Assembly (NCBI GenBank): GCA_963706595.1
Contig: OY970166.1
Location: forward strand, 160,001 to 224,000
Direction of reading: 5' to 3'
Length of the DNA: 64,000 nucleotides
Source of the DNA: an uncultured cyanobacterium
GTDB lineage: Bacteria > Cyanobacteriota > Cyanobacteriia > Cyanobacteriales > Nostocaceae
Part shown: positions 41,313 through 51,586 of the stretch, piece after piece
How positions within the stretch are numbered: position 1 is the first letter of the stretch
How the letters are laid out: each line of letters starts with the position of its first letter
Program-made: the position numbers and the translations under genes
Notes under the pieces: generated by a model
Told to the model about the DNA's origin: nothing
Database searches by the model: none
The model's input: only the letters and a program-made list of their open reading frames with translations

Positions 41313-41756
41313 ATGCTCAGTAGCGTTGACCGTTTATTATTTGTCCGACGAGTACCAATTTTTAAGGAGTTGCGAGATGATTTTATTGTGCGCCTGACTT
41401 CAGTGATGCACGAGTTACAATTTCCCGCCAATTATACTATTTTTAAGCAGGGAGAAGAAGGGCGATCGCTTTATATTGTGGTGTCAGGTAAAGTTAAAGT
41501 CCATATTGACGAGAAAAAACTCGCAGAGGTAGACCAGGGAAAATACTTTGGTGAAATGGCAGTATTTGATACTCAACCCCGTTCGGCTTCGGCGACAACT
41601 TTAGAACCTTGCGAATTTTTGGAATTGACGCAAGAGCAACTTTATGATGCCATTGAGGAAACTCCCGAAATTGCGGTGAATATTATTCGTGAGTTATCTC
41701 GTTTGGTGCGGAAGTTAAATGAGGATATGAATGTGACTGCTTCTCGGAGTAATTAG
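41313..41756 (+). CDS. Stand-alone cyclic-nucleotide-binding domain protein
   Basis: FGEMAVFDTQPRSAS motif; 147 aa; no HTH. Confidence 0.88.
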   Translation: MLSSVDRLLFVRRVPIFKELRDDFIVRLTSVMHELQFPANYTIFKQGEEGRSLYIVVSGKVKVHIDEKKLAEVDQGKYFGEMAVFDTQPRSASATTLEPCEFLELTQEQLYDAIEETPEIAVNIIRELSRLVRKLNEDMNVTASRSN

Positions 41757-41759
41757 TTA

Positions 41760-41933
41760 AGAGGATGTTTGAAAAATTTTGGGCGAATATAATTCGCTAC
41801 AACACAGGCAAAGTCCACCTCCGTGGACTAATGAAAAAATGGGATTTTTAACCCGCGCAGGCGGGTTTAGTTTGTATAGCCGCGACTTCTAGTCGCCAGG
41901 GCTGTAATAAATTAGACTTTTCAAACAACCTCT
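41760..41933. mobile_element. MITE with 16-bp TIRs carrying REP-like cargo
   Basis: agaggatgtttgaaaa / ttttcaaacaacctct (1 mismatch); interior shares 30 bp with 12776-12805. Confidence 0.8.
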
Positions 41934-41951
41934 AAGAAGTTTCACGCAAAG

Positions 41952-41994
41952 GCGCATCAGCGAAGCGAAGCACGAAGTGCGTTAGGCGCAAAGG
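41952..41994. repeat. 43-bp dispersed repeat (inverted copy of 38239-38281)
   Basis: Exact reverse complement. Confidence 0.9.
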
Positions 41995-42011
41995 AAGAAA
42001 GAAATTGAGAG

Positions 42012-43430
42012 TTACGTTTTATGGATGATTTTTTTGAGGCATTTTTTGAGAAATTCCTGTGGGATTTCTGGGCTTTGTCCCCAGTGTAGGTGAATGTAAG
42101 AGGCGTGGAGGTTTGAGGGTAAAGTCCATCCTTCTGTTCCCATGTTTTCGTCACAGTCGTATCGATACGTTTGAAACAAGGGAGTCTGGGGATTTACACT
42201 TAAGCTGGAACGATGAAATTCATGTCCGTAAATGTTTGTATCTGCTGGGATGAGAAGATTATTTTGCAAGGCGACGGCACGACGATATCCTAATGTTAAG
42301 CGTCCACCCATGACGGCAGATGTGGGTAATATTCCTACCATTGGCCAGGAGTTATCTTCAAAATCAATAATTTGCTCACACAAGTACATTAAGCCACCAC
42401 ATTCGGCGATTGTGGGCATTCCTGATAAAATTGCCGTTTTTACTGTTTGCAGGGCGCTGGTGTTGACTGCAAGCCTCTCTGCGTAGACTTCTGGGAACCC
42501 ACCACCAAAGTACATTCCTTGCACATCCGGCGGTAGTTCTGCATCTTCTAAGGGACTCCAGAATACTAATTCTGCGCCTAAGTTTTGCAGTAAGTCGAGA
42601 TTATCTTGATAGTAAAAATTAAAGGCGCGATCGCGTGCAATGGCAATTTTTATTGGGGAGTGGGGAGTGGGGAGTGGGGAGTGGGGAGTGGGGAGTGGGG
42701 AGTGGGGAGTGGGGAGTGTGGAGTGGGGGGATTTTAATAGGGGTAGTAAATATTGCCAATTGAAGCAAGTATCTCCTAAATCAGCCAGACGTTCAATTAC
42801 AGTATCTAATTCGGGCAGTTCGGCGGTGGGGACTAAACCCAGATGACGGTCAGGGATGGTAATATTATCTTGGCGACGCAATACGCCGAGTATGGGTAAT
42901 TGTAATGCAGCGAGGGCATCTTTGAGGAGAGATAAATGGCGATCGCTTCCCACCCGATTTAATACAACCCCAGCAATTTTAATTCTAGAATCAAAGGTAC
43001 AATAACCGTGAGCGATCGCCGCCACAGAACCAGACAGACGACTGCAATCAATCACCAACACCACAGGTAAATCTAAAAGTCTTGCAACGTGTGCAGTACT
43101 GGCAAAATCAGTCTTAATTACAGATTCTTCGTTATTTTCAATTTCCTTCACGCCATCAAATAGACCCATCACCCCTTCCACCAGGGAATATTCACACTGT
43201 GGGCTATAATTGGCAAAACATTTCTGCACGTAAGCTTCAGAAGTCAATACCGCATCTAAATTGCGACAAGCACGACCAGTTACATAGCCGTGAAACATCG
43301 GGTCAATGTAGTCAGGTCCAACCTTAAAAGATTGTACGGCTAAACCACGACGACATAAAGATGCTAAAAGGGTGAGCGTCACAGTTGTCTTACCCACTCC
43401 ACTCCGTTCTCCGGCAATGACTAAAGCCAT
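42012..43430 (-). CDS. cobB: Cobyrinate a,c-diamide synthase
   Basis: SGVGKTT, FKVGPDYIDP, RHLGL, AECGGLMYL and GHEFH motifs. Confidence 0.93.
   Translation of the reverse strand: MALVIAGERSGVGKTTVTLTLLASLCRRGLAVQSFKVGPDYIDPMFHGYVTGRACRNLDAVLTSEAYVQKCFANYSPQCEYSLVEGVMGLFDGVKEIENNEESVIKTDFASTAHVARLLDLPVVLVIDCSRLSGSVAAIAHGYCTFDSRIKIAGVVLNRVGSDRHLSLLKDALAALQLPILGVLRRQDNITIPDRHLGLVPTAELPELDTVIERLADLGDTCFNWQYLLPLLKSPHSTLPTPHSPLPTPHSPLPTPHSPIKIAIARDRAFNFYYQDNLDLLQNLGAELVFWSPLEDAELPPDVQGMYFGGGFPEVYAERLAVNTSALQTVKTAILSGMPTIAECGGLMYLCEQIIDFEDNSWPMVGILPTSAVMGGRLTLGYRRAVALQNNLLIPADTNIYGHEFHRSSLSVNPQTPLFQTYRYDCDENMGTEGWTLPSNLHASYIHLHWGQSPEIPQEFLKKCLKKIIHKT
42654..42723. repeat. STRR heptamer array inside cobB (TGGGGAG x9 + 1 variant)
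   Basis: Encodes PHSPLPT repeats in the inter-domain linker. Confidence 0.93.
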
Positions 43431-43499
43431 AGGCTTGAGGTAATTAATACTTGGTAATTGGGCAGCATTGCTAATTATCTCATTCCCCAGGCGCTATGA

Positions 43500-44675
43500 C
43501 TATCTCAGGGACTTTCTGATAAATTTATACTTAGTTTCAGAAACGCGATTTTTTTGACCATTTTGCTCAGTTTCGACAAGTTGAGCTTGAGTAAGACGCA
43601 ATTCATCTAACGCCAACTCCAAGCTCAGATTTTTCTCATTTAACTCCCGCGTTCGTTCACGGACTTTTTCTTCTAGTATCTGACTGTAGACTTCTAGCTG
43701 TTCGTTAGTATTATTTTGAACTTTGATCAGTTGCTGAACTTCCTGGATGAGACGATTCAGGGAAGCAGCCAAGATTCCCACTTCGTCATTAGTTGTGACT
43801 GGTGCTTGCAAATCAAAATTAGATTGCTCTATCACCTGTTGGGCAATATGGGTTACTGCTTGAATGGGACGAGCGATATTACGACTGGTGTAAATTGCTA
43901 ATAATGTGGCGATCGCAATTGATAGTGATAGACTAACGACAATAATGTACAGGCGTAATTTTTCAGCCCTTTGCAATTCCCAATTTGCTTGCTGATACTC
44001 CTCAGAGATTATTTCCACCAGGTTTGTGATGTCATCCAAAAAATCATCAATCATAAACACTGATGAACCATGCATAAAATTGAACAGTTGGGTTTGTGCT
44101 GTCTTAATCTCCCTTGGTGATAATTGATTGGGATTGTTATCGCTAAACAAAGCCTCTGTACGCTGTAAATAAATATCAAAGTCTTTGTAGTTCTGCAACA
44201 AACGATCAACTGCTTTTTGTTCAATTACAGAATCATAGATGATACTGTTCTCAGTGCTGTAGCTAGCTTTGAACTCAAACCAAACTTGTCTAGCTTGCTC
44301 AACATACTTCAGTAACAAAGTATATTGTTCTCGCCATCTTGTGGGTTGCTCCATGTATAAAATTAGCTTGTGTTGGTTTGTCCGCACACGAAACACAATG
44401 GTTTTTAGTTGATACATCTGATACAACTCTTCAATGGCGGCTTCTTCTCGCTTTTGCGCTTGTCGCTGATAATAATCTGCAATTAGAAACCCAATACTCG
44501 TTCCCAGTACAGCAATGCTCAAAAGCAGTCCATATCCCAAGCCAATCTTTTGAGCAACTTTCAAATGGCTGAACCAATATCGAGAATTGCTTGTGTTTGG
44601 ACTGGAGTTACTTGATTCTAAGGAACTACTGGACTGGCTACAAGCCAGTTCATCGAAGTTGTGATGCTGTTTCAT
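43500..44675 (-). CDS. Membrane sensor with HAMP and coiled coil, no transmitter domain
   Basis: Two TM helices and HAMP (DEVGILAASLN); ends shortly after TQAQLVETE. Confidence 0.75.
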   Translation of the reverse strand: MKQHHNFDELACSQSSSSLESSNSSPNTSNSRYWFSHLKVAQKIGLGYGLLLSIAVLGTSIGFLIADYYQRQAQKREEAAIEELYQMYQLKTIVFRVRTNQHKLILYMEQPTRWREQYTLLLKYVEQARQVWFEFKASYSTENSIIYDSVIEQKAVDRLLQNYKDFDIYLQRTEALFSDNNPNQLSPREIKTAQTQLFNFMHGSSVFMIDDFLDDITNLVEIISEEYQQANWELQRAEKLRLYIIVVSLSLSIAIATLLAIYTSRNIARPIQAVTHIAQQVIEQSNFDLQAPVTTNDEVGILAASLNRLIQEVQQLIKVQNNTNEQLEVYSQILEEKVRERTRELNEKNLSLELALDELRLTQAQLVETEQNGQKNRVSETKYKFIRKSLR

Positions 44676-44769
44676 AGTTAACCACGACTCAGATGAACTT
44701 AAATGCGTTCCAGTCGGGGAAATGAAAATGAGGTTGATGCAAAAAAAGGCACTTGCTTTCTACTTTCTA

Positions 44770-45444
44770 CTAAGTTCGCAAGCGATAACCCATACCTCTA
44801 ACTGTCTCAATGACTTGGCTGCCTAATTTCTTGCGAAGATAACCAACATAGACATCAACAATATTAGAACCTGGATTATAGTCATAACCCCAGACGTAAT
44901 CTAATAATTGTTCTCGACTGATGATTTGTCCTGGATGGCGGCAAAACTTTTCTACCATTGCAAATTCACGGGCTGGTAATTCGATCAGGCGATCGCCTAT
45001 TTTCACTTGTCGAGTTCGCAAATCAAGGACTATGTTACCAGCTTTAAGGGTAAATTCTGCGGCATCTCTGACAGGTCTAGCACTTCGCAACCGTAACCGT
45101 ACCCGCGCTAGGAGTTCTTCAAAGCGGAAAGGTTTGGTGACATAATCATCTGCACCGCCTTCGAGTCCAGCCACTTTGTCATGAATGTCACTGCGGGCAG
45201 AGAGGATAATCACTGGTATGTCTTCCCCTTGTCCCCGTAGTTCTTCGAGGACTTGAAATCCATCTTTTCCAGGCAATCTCAAATCCAGAATTAACAAGTC
45301 AAATGTGCCACTCTGCACTACATCTAGTACGTACTGCCCATCTGCGACAATTGTAGTTGTGAACCCTTGCGATCGCAATCCTTTTTGAATAAATGAAGCA
45401 ATTCGCGGTTCATCTTCAACGATGAGGATATTGGGCATAGGCAC
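44770..45444 (-). CDS. OmpR-family response regulator
   Basis: VEDE, LILDLRLPG, DYVTKPF and ETVRGMGY motifs. Confidence 0.95.
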   Translation of the reverse strand: MPMPNILIVEDEPRIASFIQKGLRSQGFTTTIVADGQYVLDVVQSGTFDLLILDLRLPGKDGFQVLEELRGQGEDIPVIILSARSDIHDKVAGLEGGADDYVTKPFRFEELLARVRLRLRSARPVRDAAEFTLKAGNIVLDLRTRQVKIGDRLIELPAREFAMVEKFCRHPGQIISREQLLDYVWGYDYNPGSNIVDVYVGYLRKKLGSQVIETVRGMGYRLRT

Positions 45445-47014
45445 TCACTGTTTGCGGCGGATCGAGTGGTAAAACGATGGTAAACATGGAACCTTTTCCT
45501 AATTGACTGCGAAGTAATACTTCTCCATCGTGAGATTCGGCGATCGCGCGCACAATGGACAGCCCCAACCCTGCACCTTCTGAACGACGGCGACTGTTGG
45601 AAGTGCGGGCAAAGCGTTCAAAAATCCGTTTTTGATCAACCAGGGGAATGCCTTCGCCTGTATCATGTACCCAAAACCGCACCTTGCCTTTGGCGATCGC
45701 AGAACCTATGGAAATAGTATCACTCTCCCCTGTATGCTGAGTAGCATTTTGCGCCAAATTGATCACAGCTTCCGTAATTCTTTGGCGATCAACGACAATC
45801 TGACCTTTGGCGACAGCATCCAATTGCCAGTCCCTCTCTGCCAGTGCTTGGGCTTTGACAAATAATTCTTCAGTTAACTGTGCCACATTCACAGTTGTTA
45901 CCTGTAAAAAATCTGCCCGTTCTGCTTTTGCCAGCAAAATCAGATCATCAACCAAACGGCTCATCCTGTCTAGTTCGCTGATCACTAATGCCAAAGTTTC
46001 CTGTTGTTCTAGGGGATCATCTCCCATCAATTCTAAATGTCCGCGAATGATCGTGATCGGCGTTCTCAGTTCGTGTCCAGCATCATTGACAAATTCACGC
46101 TGACTGGCAAAAGCTGCTTCTAGCCTGTCCATCATTTCGTTAAATGTCTTGGCTAATTCTCCCAATTCCCCCCTGTCTCGCGTCGGTAAACGCTGAGTTA
46201 AATCTGATTCACTGATGGCATGAGCCGTAGTAATAATTATCCCCAGAGGCGCTAGTATGCGCCCCGCAGCTAACCAGGTGAGGATTAAAGACAAGATCAA
46301 CACTAAGCTAGCCGCTTCCACAAACACAGAAACTGCTTCTAAAGCTTCTTCCCTTTCCCCGGCTGTATTGTGGGCAACTACAAAAATTCCCCGTGTTTCT
46401 CCATTGATGGTAACGGGTTGCACCATGTAAAGAATCTGACTAAATTTAGGGGCAAAAAATTCTTTTTCGCCTCGTTCTGGTTGGGTTTGTTTTGCCCATC
46501 GTCTCATTAGTAGTGAGTCTCTGGCTAAAAGCTGGGGGCGAGCGCTAGGACTAGATTTGTAAAATTCACCATCGATAAATGTGATCAAGTAGGATTCATC
46601 TTCGGGTAGTCGATACAGCAGATAAGCTTGAAATAGTTGTTTTAAGTCTTCTTCAGAGTCTAAACGCTGCAATTGCTTTGACTCGATTACCATCTTTTCA
46701 GAGTTATGATCAGTCAGTCCATCCTGGGGAACAAAGCTTTTGCCGTCAATCAATGCCTGGAAAGCCATGATGTCTGCTTCCATATCCTGACGAACTCGCT
46801 GATCAATGCGCTGATAGAGCTGGTAACGAAATGCCGGAATTGCTACAAGAAATGTTATTCCTAAAATCAGTAAATACCAGAGCAAAATCCGGGTGCGGGC
46901 TTCCCCTAACACTTGCGGCCAAACTGTAAACAACTGAGATATTTTGGTGACTGATAAGCGTTCGGCAAAACCGCGCCGGAGGCGATCGCCAAAACGGTTT
47001 ATTGACCTGCTCAT
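45416..47014 (-). CDS. HAMP sensor histidine kinase
   Basis: H-box AGHELRTP, NLAQNA, DTGEGI and GAGLGLSIV; exact start uncertain. Confidence 0.92.
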   Translation of the reverse strand: MSRSINRFGDRLRRGFAERLSVTKISQLFTVWPQVLGEARTRILLWYLLILGITFLVAIPAFRYQLYQRIDQRVRQDMEADIMAFQALIDGKSFVPQDGLTDHNSEKMVIESKQLQRLDSEEDLKQLFQAYLLYRLPEDESYLITFIDGEFYKSSPSARPQLLARDSLLMRRWAKQTQPERGEKEFFAPKFSQILYMVQPVTINGETRGIFVVAHNTAGEREEALEAVSVFVEAASLVLILSLILTWLAAGRILAPLGIIITTAHAISESDLTQRLPTRDRGELGELAKTFNEMMDRLEAAFASQREFVNDAGHELRTPITIIRGHLELMGDDPLEQQETLALVISELDRMSRLVDDLILLAKAERADFLQVTTVNVAQLTEELFVKAQALAERDWQLDAVAKGQIVVDRQRITEAVINLAQNATQHTGESDTISIGSAIAKGKVRFWVHDTGEGIPLVDQKRIFERFARTSNSRRRSEGAGLGLSIVRAIAESHDGEVLLRSQLGKGSMFTIVLPLDPPQTVSAYAQYPHR

Positions 47015-47250
47015 TTTTATGCCTTTTGATTTAAAGCTATTTAAATTCGGATCTTGTTGATCAACAAGTAATGTTTATTAAATTTACAGTTAATCCATTT
47101 AGGTTAACTTCGTTGATCAAAACTTGGCAGTAATTGTATAACTATTTAGGAAATATACATAATTTTTGGTTGAACAAAATTTGCCCATATCATATTTTTT
47201 AGCAAGTTTGAAATTTCGGTTTAAATTCTCCAATTCATTGAGTAATCAAA

Positions 47251-47282
47251 CATGAGAAAGTTCTCATGAAATTTTCATGAAA
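47251..47282. promoter_or_regulatory. Candidate response-regulator operator
   Basis: CATGAGAA-ag-TTCTCATG palindrome overlapping the 11-bp direct repeat TTCTCATGAAA/TTTTCATGAAA. Confidence 0.55.
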
Positions 47283-47710
47283 CTTGGATCAAAATTTGAT
47301 ATGTTACAGGATAGTGTTTAACTTTTCTTAAAAATTTAATAACCTATTCTTAATGTAGGTTTTCTAGAAAAAGTCTAAAAAAGGAGGAAATATCAAATTT
47401 CAGGCAAAATATCAGTAAATTATGCCCAAATAATGCATGATTAATCGCTAAACTTTGATGTGATTTAATTCTATTTAGTGAGTGTCATTTTCCATAATTT
47501 ATCAGGCTAATTTCCATAAATATAAAGTTATCTTTTTTAATAGTGTTGTTTCAATTGGGGAAATTTTTAGTCCAGCCTGACTAGCAAATTATCCACCTAC
47601 AGGCTGAAGTCTAAGACTGGTGAACTAAGCCTGCATAGGCAGGCTGATTATGTGGATATTGCCATCAAAATGGGAAGAATTACCGGATTAAACTTTTGTC
47701 AGGAGTGCAA

Positions 47711-48997
47711 ATGAACAACTTTTTCCCCCATTCTGGAGAGATCACCGGAGCTTCGGCTAAGGTCGCATCTTCAGAGGTGAATAATTTATCTAGTCATCCT
47801 GGTAAGTGGCGCATTGCTTTATATTCTCACGACACAATGGGGCTAGGACACAAACGCCGTAATTTGTTGATTGCTCAAACTTTAGGATGTTCACCCCTAG
47901 AAATTGATGTTTTAATGATTAGTGGCATCCCAGATGCGAGCAATGTCCCCACACCTCCAGGTGTAGATTGTTTGATTTTACCTGCTTTGCACAAAAACAT
48001 TCATGGGCAGTATCAAGCAAGAAAATTAGACCTGTCATTACAGGAAATTATTACATTGCGATCGCAAGTTATTTTAACCACAATCAAAACCTTTAAACCC
48101 GATATTTTTATTGTAGATAACGTCCCCAGAGGAGCAGTCAGAGAGTTAGATCCCACCCTAGATTACTTGCGTAACCAAGGAAAAACACGCTGCATTCTAG
48201 GTTTACGAGATATTTTAGATGAACCCGCTTCTGTGCGTCGAGATTGGAAGCGAGGAGCTAATGAGGAGGCAATTCAAACCTACTATGATGCAGTTTGGGT
48301 GTATGGTGATCCCGCTATTTATGACCTAGCAGCAGAGTATCACTTCCATCCGAAAACTTTGTCAAAAATTCGCTACACGGGCTACCTTGACCAGCGTAGC
48401 CGTCTCAAATTCATGGATATCGAAAGCGTGCAGGCATTTAAATCGCTGAATCTGCCATCGGCAAGATTAGCATTGTGCTTGGTAGGTGGTGGACAGGACG
48501 GAGCGCTGTTAGCAGCAGCATTTGCTCATGCTGAACTACCACCAGAGATGAACGGTATCATTTTGACAGGGCCGTTTATGCCGCGAAAAGTCAGACAACA
48601 ACTCCAGAAGTATGCTGCTAAACGTGATAATTTGCGGGTGTTGGAATATTTAGCCGAGCCGACGCTGTTGCTCAATCGCGCCGAACGGGTGATTTCTATG
48701 GGCGGTTACAACACAACTTGTGAATTGTTGTCATTTCAAAAGCGATCGCTGATCATACCGCGAACTAAACCCCGACGAGAGCAATTAATTCGTGCCGAAC
48801 GGTTACAGGCACTTGGTTTAATTGATATGTTGCACCCACGTAACTTAACATCTCAAGCATTAACAAACTGGTTAATGCAAAAAAGCGAGCCACCACAAGT
48901 TCGTAATTGTGTTGATCTCAATGGACTCAGCAGTATTGTCCAATTCGTCGATGAAATCCTGATGTCTGCTGATCATTCATCACAACAAGCCTCTTGA
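47711..48997 (+). CDS. GT-B glycosyltransferase (COG4671/GT28-like)
   Basis: YSHDTMGLGHKRRN, GLRDILD, VGGGQDG and SMGGYNT motifs; AGGAG RBS before ATG 47711. Confidence 0.85.
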   Translation: MNNFFPHSGEITGASAKVASSEVNNLSSHPGKWRIALYSHDTMGLGHKRRNLLIAQTLGCSPLEIDVLMISGIPDASNVPTPPGVDCLILPALHKNIHGQYQARKLDLSLQEIITLRSQVILTTIKTFKPDIFIVDNVPRGAVRELDPTLDYLRNQGKTRCILGLRDILDEPASVRRDWKRGANEEAIQTYYDAVWVYGDPAIYDLAAEYHFHPKTLSKIRYTGYLDQRSRLKFMDIESVQAFKSLNLPSARLALCLVGGGQDGALLAAAFAHAELPPEMNGIILTGPFMPRKVRQQLQKYAAKRDNLRVLEYLAEPTLLLNRAERVISMGGYNTTCELLSFQKRSLIIPRTKPRREQLIRAERLQALGLIDMLHPRNLTSQALTNWLMQKSEPPQVRNCVDLNGLSSIVQFVDEILMSADHSSQQAS

Positions 48998-49174
48998 ATA
49001 AAGATATAGAAATTCTATTTGAGTTTTGAACAGGATTTTTTCTAACGCACCACTCCAGACACAGAGATCACAGAGGAAGAGAAAAAAGAGCAATGTTTAG
49101 GTCTTATTTAGGATGGCTATAGATGAGATAAGGGTTACTAAAATAGCACCTTCTTAAATTACGAATTACGAATT

Positions 49175-50425
49175 ATGACAAGTGTTGGTTATGTTCTCAA
49201 ACGTTATCCTCGATATTCTGAAACCTTCGTTGTTAATGAAATTTTAGCTCATGAAGCAGCTGGCTTAAATATAGAAATTTTTGCCCTCAGACCACCGTGT
49301 GACACTCACTTTCAAAATATTATTTCTCAGGTACGCGCGCCTGTAACCTACATTCGCAAGCCAATTCAAGGACGGGTGAGCGCATCACTCAATAGTCTGG
49401 CTCCTACAGCCGCGAGCTATTTTTGGGCAGAATTACAGGAAGCTAGTCAAGTTATCCCCGATTTTTGGTCAAAATTATCCATTGCTCAAGGTGAACCAGC
49501 CGGCACTGTTTACCAGGCTGCATGGTTAGCACGGGAAGCGCAACTCAAAGGTATTAGTCATTTACACGCTCACTTTGGCACTGTGGCTACCAGTGTCGCT
49601 CGCCTAGCATCTCACTTTACAGGCATTCCCTACACTTTCACGGCTCATGCTAAAGATATTTTTCATGAAAGTGTGGAATTTGCAGATATGGAGCGCAAGT
49701 TAAAGGATGCGGCGACTGTTGTCACTGTCAGTGACTATAATCTCAACTATTTACAAAAGAACTATGGTGTAGCTGCAAAGCAAGTTAAGCGCATTTACAA
49801 TGGCTTGGATTTACGACAATTACAATATTCTTCTCCGGCTAATCGTCCTCCCTTAATTATCTCAGTCGGTCGGTTAATCGAGAAAAAAGGGTTATCGATT
49901 TTGATTGATGCTTGTGCGATTTTGAAGCTGAGAAATTTGGCGTTTCAATGTCAAATTGTGGGTACAGGAACATCAGAAGCTGCACTCAAGCAGCAAATTC
50001 AAGATTTAGGATTGCAATCTCTTGTGGAAATTGTGGGGCCGCGTCCTCAAAATGAGGTGTTTCAATTGATGCAGCAAGGGGCTGTGTTTGCAGCGCCTTA
50101 TGTGATTGGCAAAGATGGTAATCGGGATGGTTTACCTACTGTTTTACTGGAAGCAATGGCTTTGGGAACTCCTTGTGTGAGTACCGATGTGACGGGGATT
50201 CCGGAATTGGTACGTGATCGGGAGACTGGGTTAATTGTGCCACAACATGATGCTGTGCAATTAGCGATCGCACTTGAAAAATTCCTGATTAATTCGGCTT
50301 TGCGGGTTGAGTTGTCAATTCGGGCTAGGGAGTTAATTGAAGCTGAATTTGATATTTCTCGTAATGCGGCTGTGTTACGAGGTTTATTTCTCACGCAGAG
50401 GCGCAGAGGCGCAGAGGAGGTTTGA
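49175..50425 (+). CDS. Glycosyltransferase family 4
   Basis: YPRYSETFV, HLHAHF and DGLPTVLLEAMA motifs. Confidence 0.92.
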   Translation: MTSVGYVLKRYPRYSETFVVNEILAHEAAGLNIEIFALRPPCDTHFQNIISQVRAPVTYIRKPIQGRVSASLNSLAPTAASYFWAELQEASQVIPDFWSKLSIAQGEPAGTVYQAAWLAREAQLKGISHLHAHFGTVATSVARLASHFTGIPYTFTAHAKDIFHESVEFADMERKLKDAATVVTVSDYNLNYLQKNYGVAAKQVKRIYNGLDLRQLQYSSPANRPPLIISVGRLIEKKGLSILIDACAILKLRNLAFQCQIVGTGTSEAALKQQIQDLGLQSLVEIVGPRPQNEVFQLMQQGAVFAAPYVIGKDGNRDGLPTVLLEAMALGTPCVSTDVTGIPELVRDRETGLIVPQHDAVQLAIALEKFLINSALRVELSIRARELIEAEFDISRNAAVLRGLFLTQRRRGAEEV

Positions 50426-50428
50426 GAG

Positions 50429-51586
50429 GTGCGAGTTGCTTATGTTTGTGCTGATGCGGGAATTCCTGTTTTTGGGCAAAAGGGATGCTCTATTCATGTT
50501 CAGGAGGTGATACGAGCATTACTTGTGCAAGGTGGACAAGTGGATTTGTTTGCTACTCGGTTTGGGGGTGAGTTACCGGCAGATTTAATTAATGTTGCGG
50601 TTCATCAGCTTCCAGCTATTCCGAAACAAGAAAGGGCTGTCAGGGAGCAGGTGGCTTTGGCGATGAATCCTGATTTGGGTTTGGCTTTAGAGAAGGTTGG
50701 CTGTTTTGATTTGATTTATGAGCGTTATTCTCTCTGGAGTTATGGCGCAATGGAATTTGCAAAATCTAGGGGAATTCCGGGATTGTTAGAGGTAAATTCA
50801 CCTCTGATTGTAGAACAGGCAACTCATCGCGGTTTGATTGATCAACAAGGTGCTGAAACTGTTGCTCATCGCGTTTTTAACGCTGCTACTGCACTGATTG
50901 CTGTTTCGGAGGAGGTGAAAACTTATCTGATGAATTATGTGGATGAGTCTAAGGTTTATGTAATTCCTAATGGGGTAAATCCTCAGCGTTTTTCTGCTGT
51001 TGATTCTGCCGCTAAATTAGAAACCTTTACTGTGGGATTTGTCGGTACTTTGAAACCGTGGCACGGATTACCAATTCTCACTGAGGCTTTTGCTCTTTTG
51101 TCTGAACGTGTTCCTAATGCCAAACTTTTGATTGTTGGTGATGGCCCGGAACGAGAAAATCTGTCAGCGCAATTAGCTGCAAAAGGATTAGACACTCATA
51201 CCCAATTTACAGGGGCGGTGAGTCCTGAGCAAATTCCTCAATTGTTGGCAAAAATGGATGTTGCTGTTGCACCCTATGCGGCGCAGTCTGATTTTTATTT
51301 CTCACCGTTGAAGGTGTATGAATATATGGCGGCTGGTTTGCCTGTGGTTGTGAGCGGGGTTGGGCAATTGGTAGATTTAATTGATCCAGGGGTGAATGGT
51401 ATTCTCTGTCCTCCTGGTGATGCGATCGCCTTGACAAATGCTTTAGAAACATTATGGCGATCGCCTACTCTCCGCTATAGTTTAGGACAAGCTGCCCGCA
51501 ACACAGTCATCGCACATCATACTTGGGATGCGATCGCTCAAAAAATTCTCCATATAGCTGGACTCACTGTGGAGGTGAGACAATAA
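50429..51586 (+). CDS. Glycosyltransferase family 4
   Basis: YERYSL, GFVGTLKPWHG and FSPLKVYEYMAAG motifs. Confidence 0.92.
   Translation: MRVAYVCADAGIPVFGQKGCSIHVQEVIRALLVQGGQVDLFATRFGGELPADLINVAVHQLPAIPKQERAVREQVALAMNPDLGLALEKVGCFDLIYERYSLWSYGAMEFAKSRGIPGLLEVNSPLIVEQATHRGLIDQQGAETVAHRVFNAATALIAVSEEVKTYLMNYVDESKVYVIPNGVNPQRFSAVDSAAKLETFTVGFVGTLKPWHGLPILTEAFALLSERVPNAKLLIVGDGPERENLSAQLAAKGLDTHTQFTGAVSPEQIPQLLAKMDVAVAPYAAQSDFYFSPLKVYEYMAAGLPVVVSGVGQLVDLIDPGVNGILCPPGDAIALTNALETLWRSPTLRYSLGQAARNTVIAHHTWDAIAQKILHIAGLTVEVRQ

Noticed and set aside
43431..43499. Cobalamin riboswitch before cobB
   Set aside because: The intergenic space is only about 70 bp and has no B12-box.
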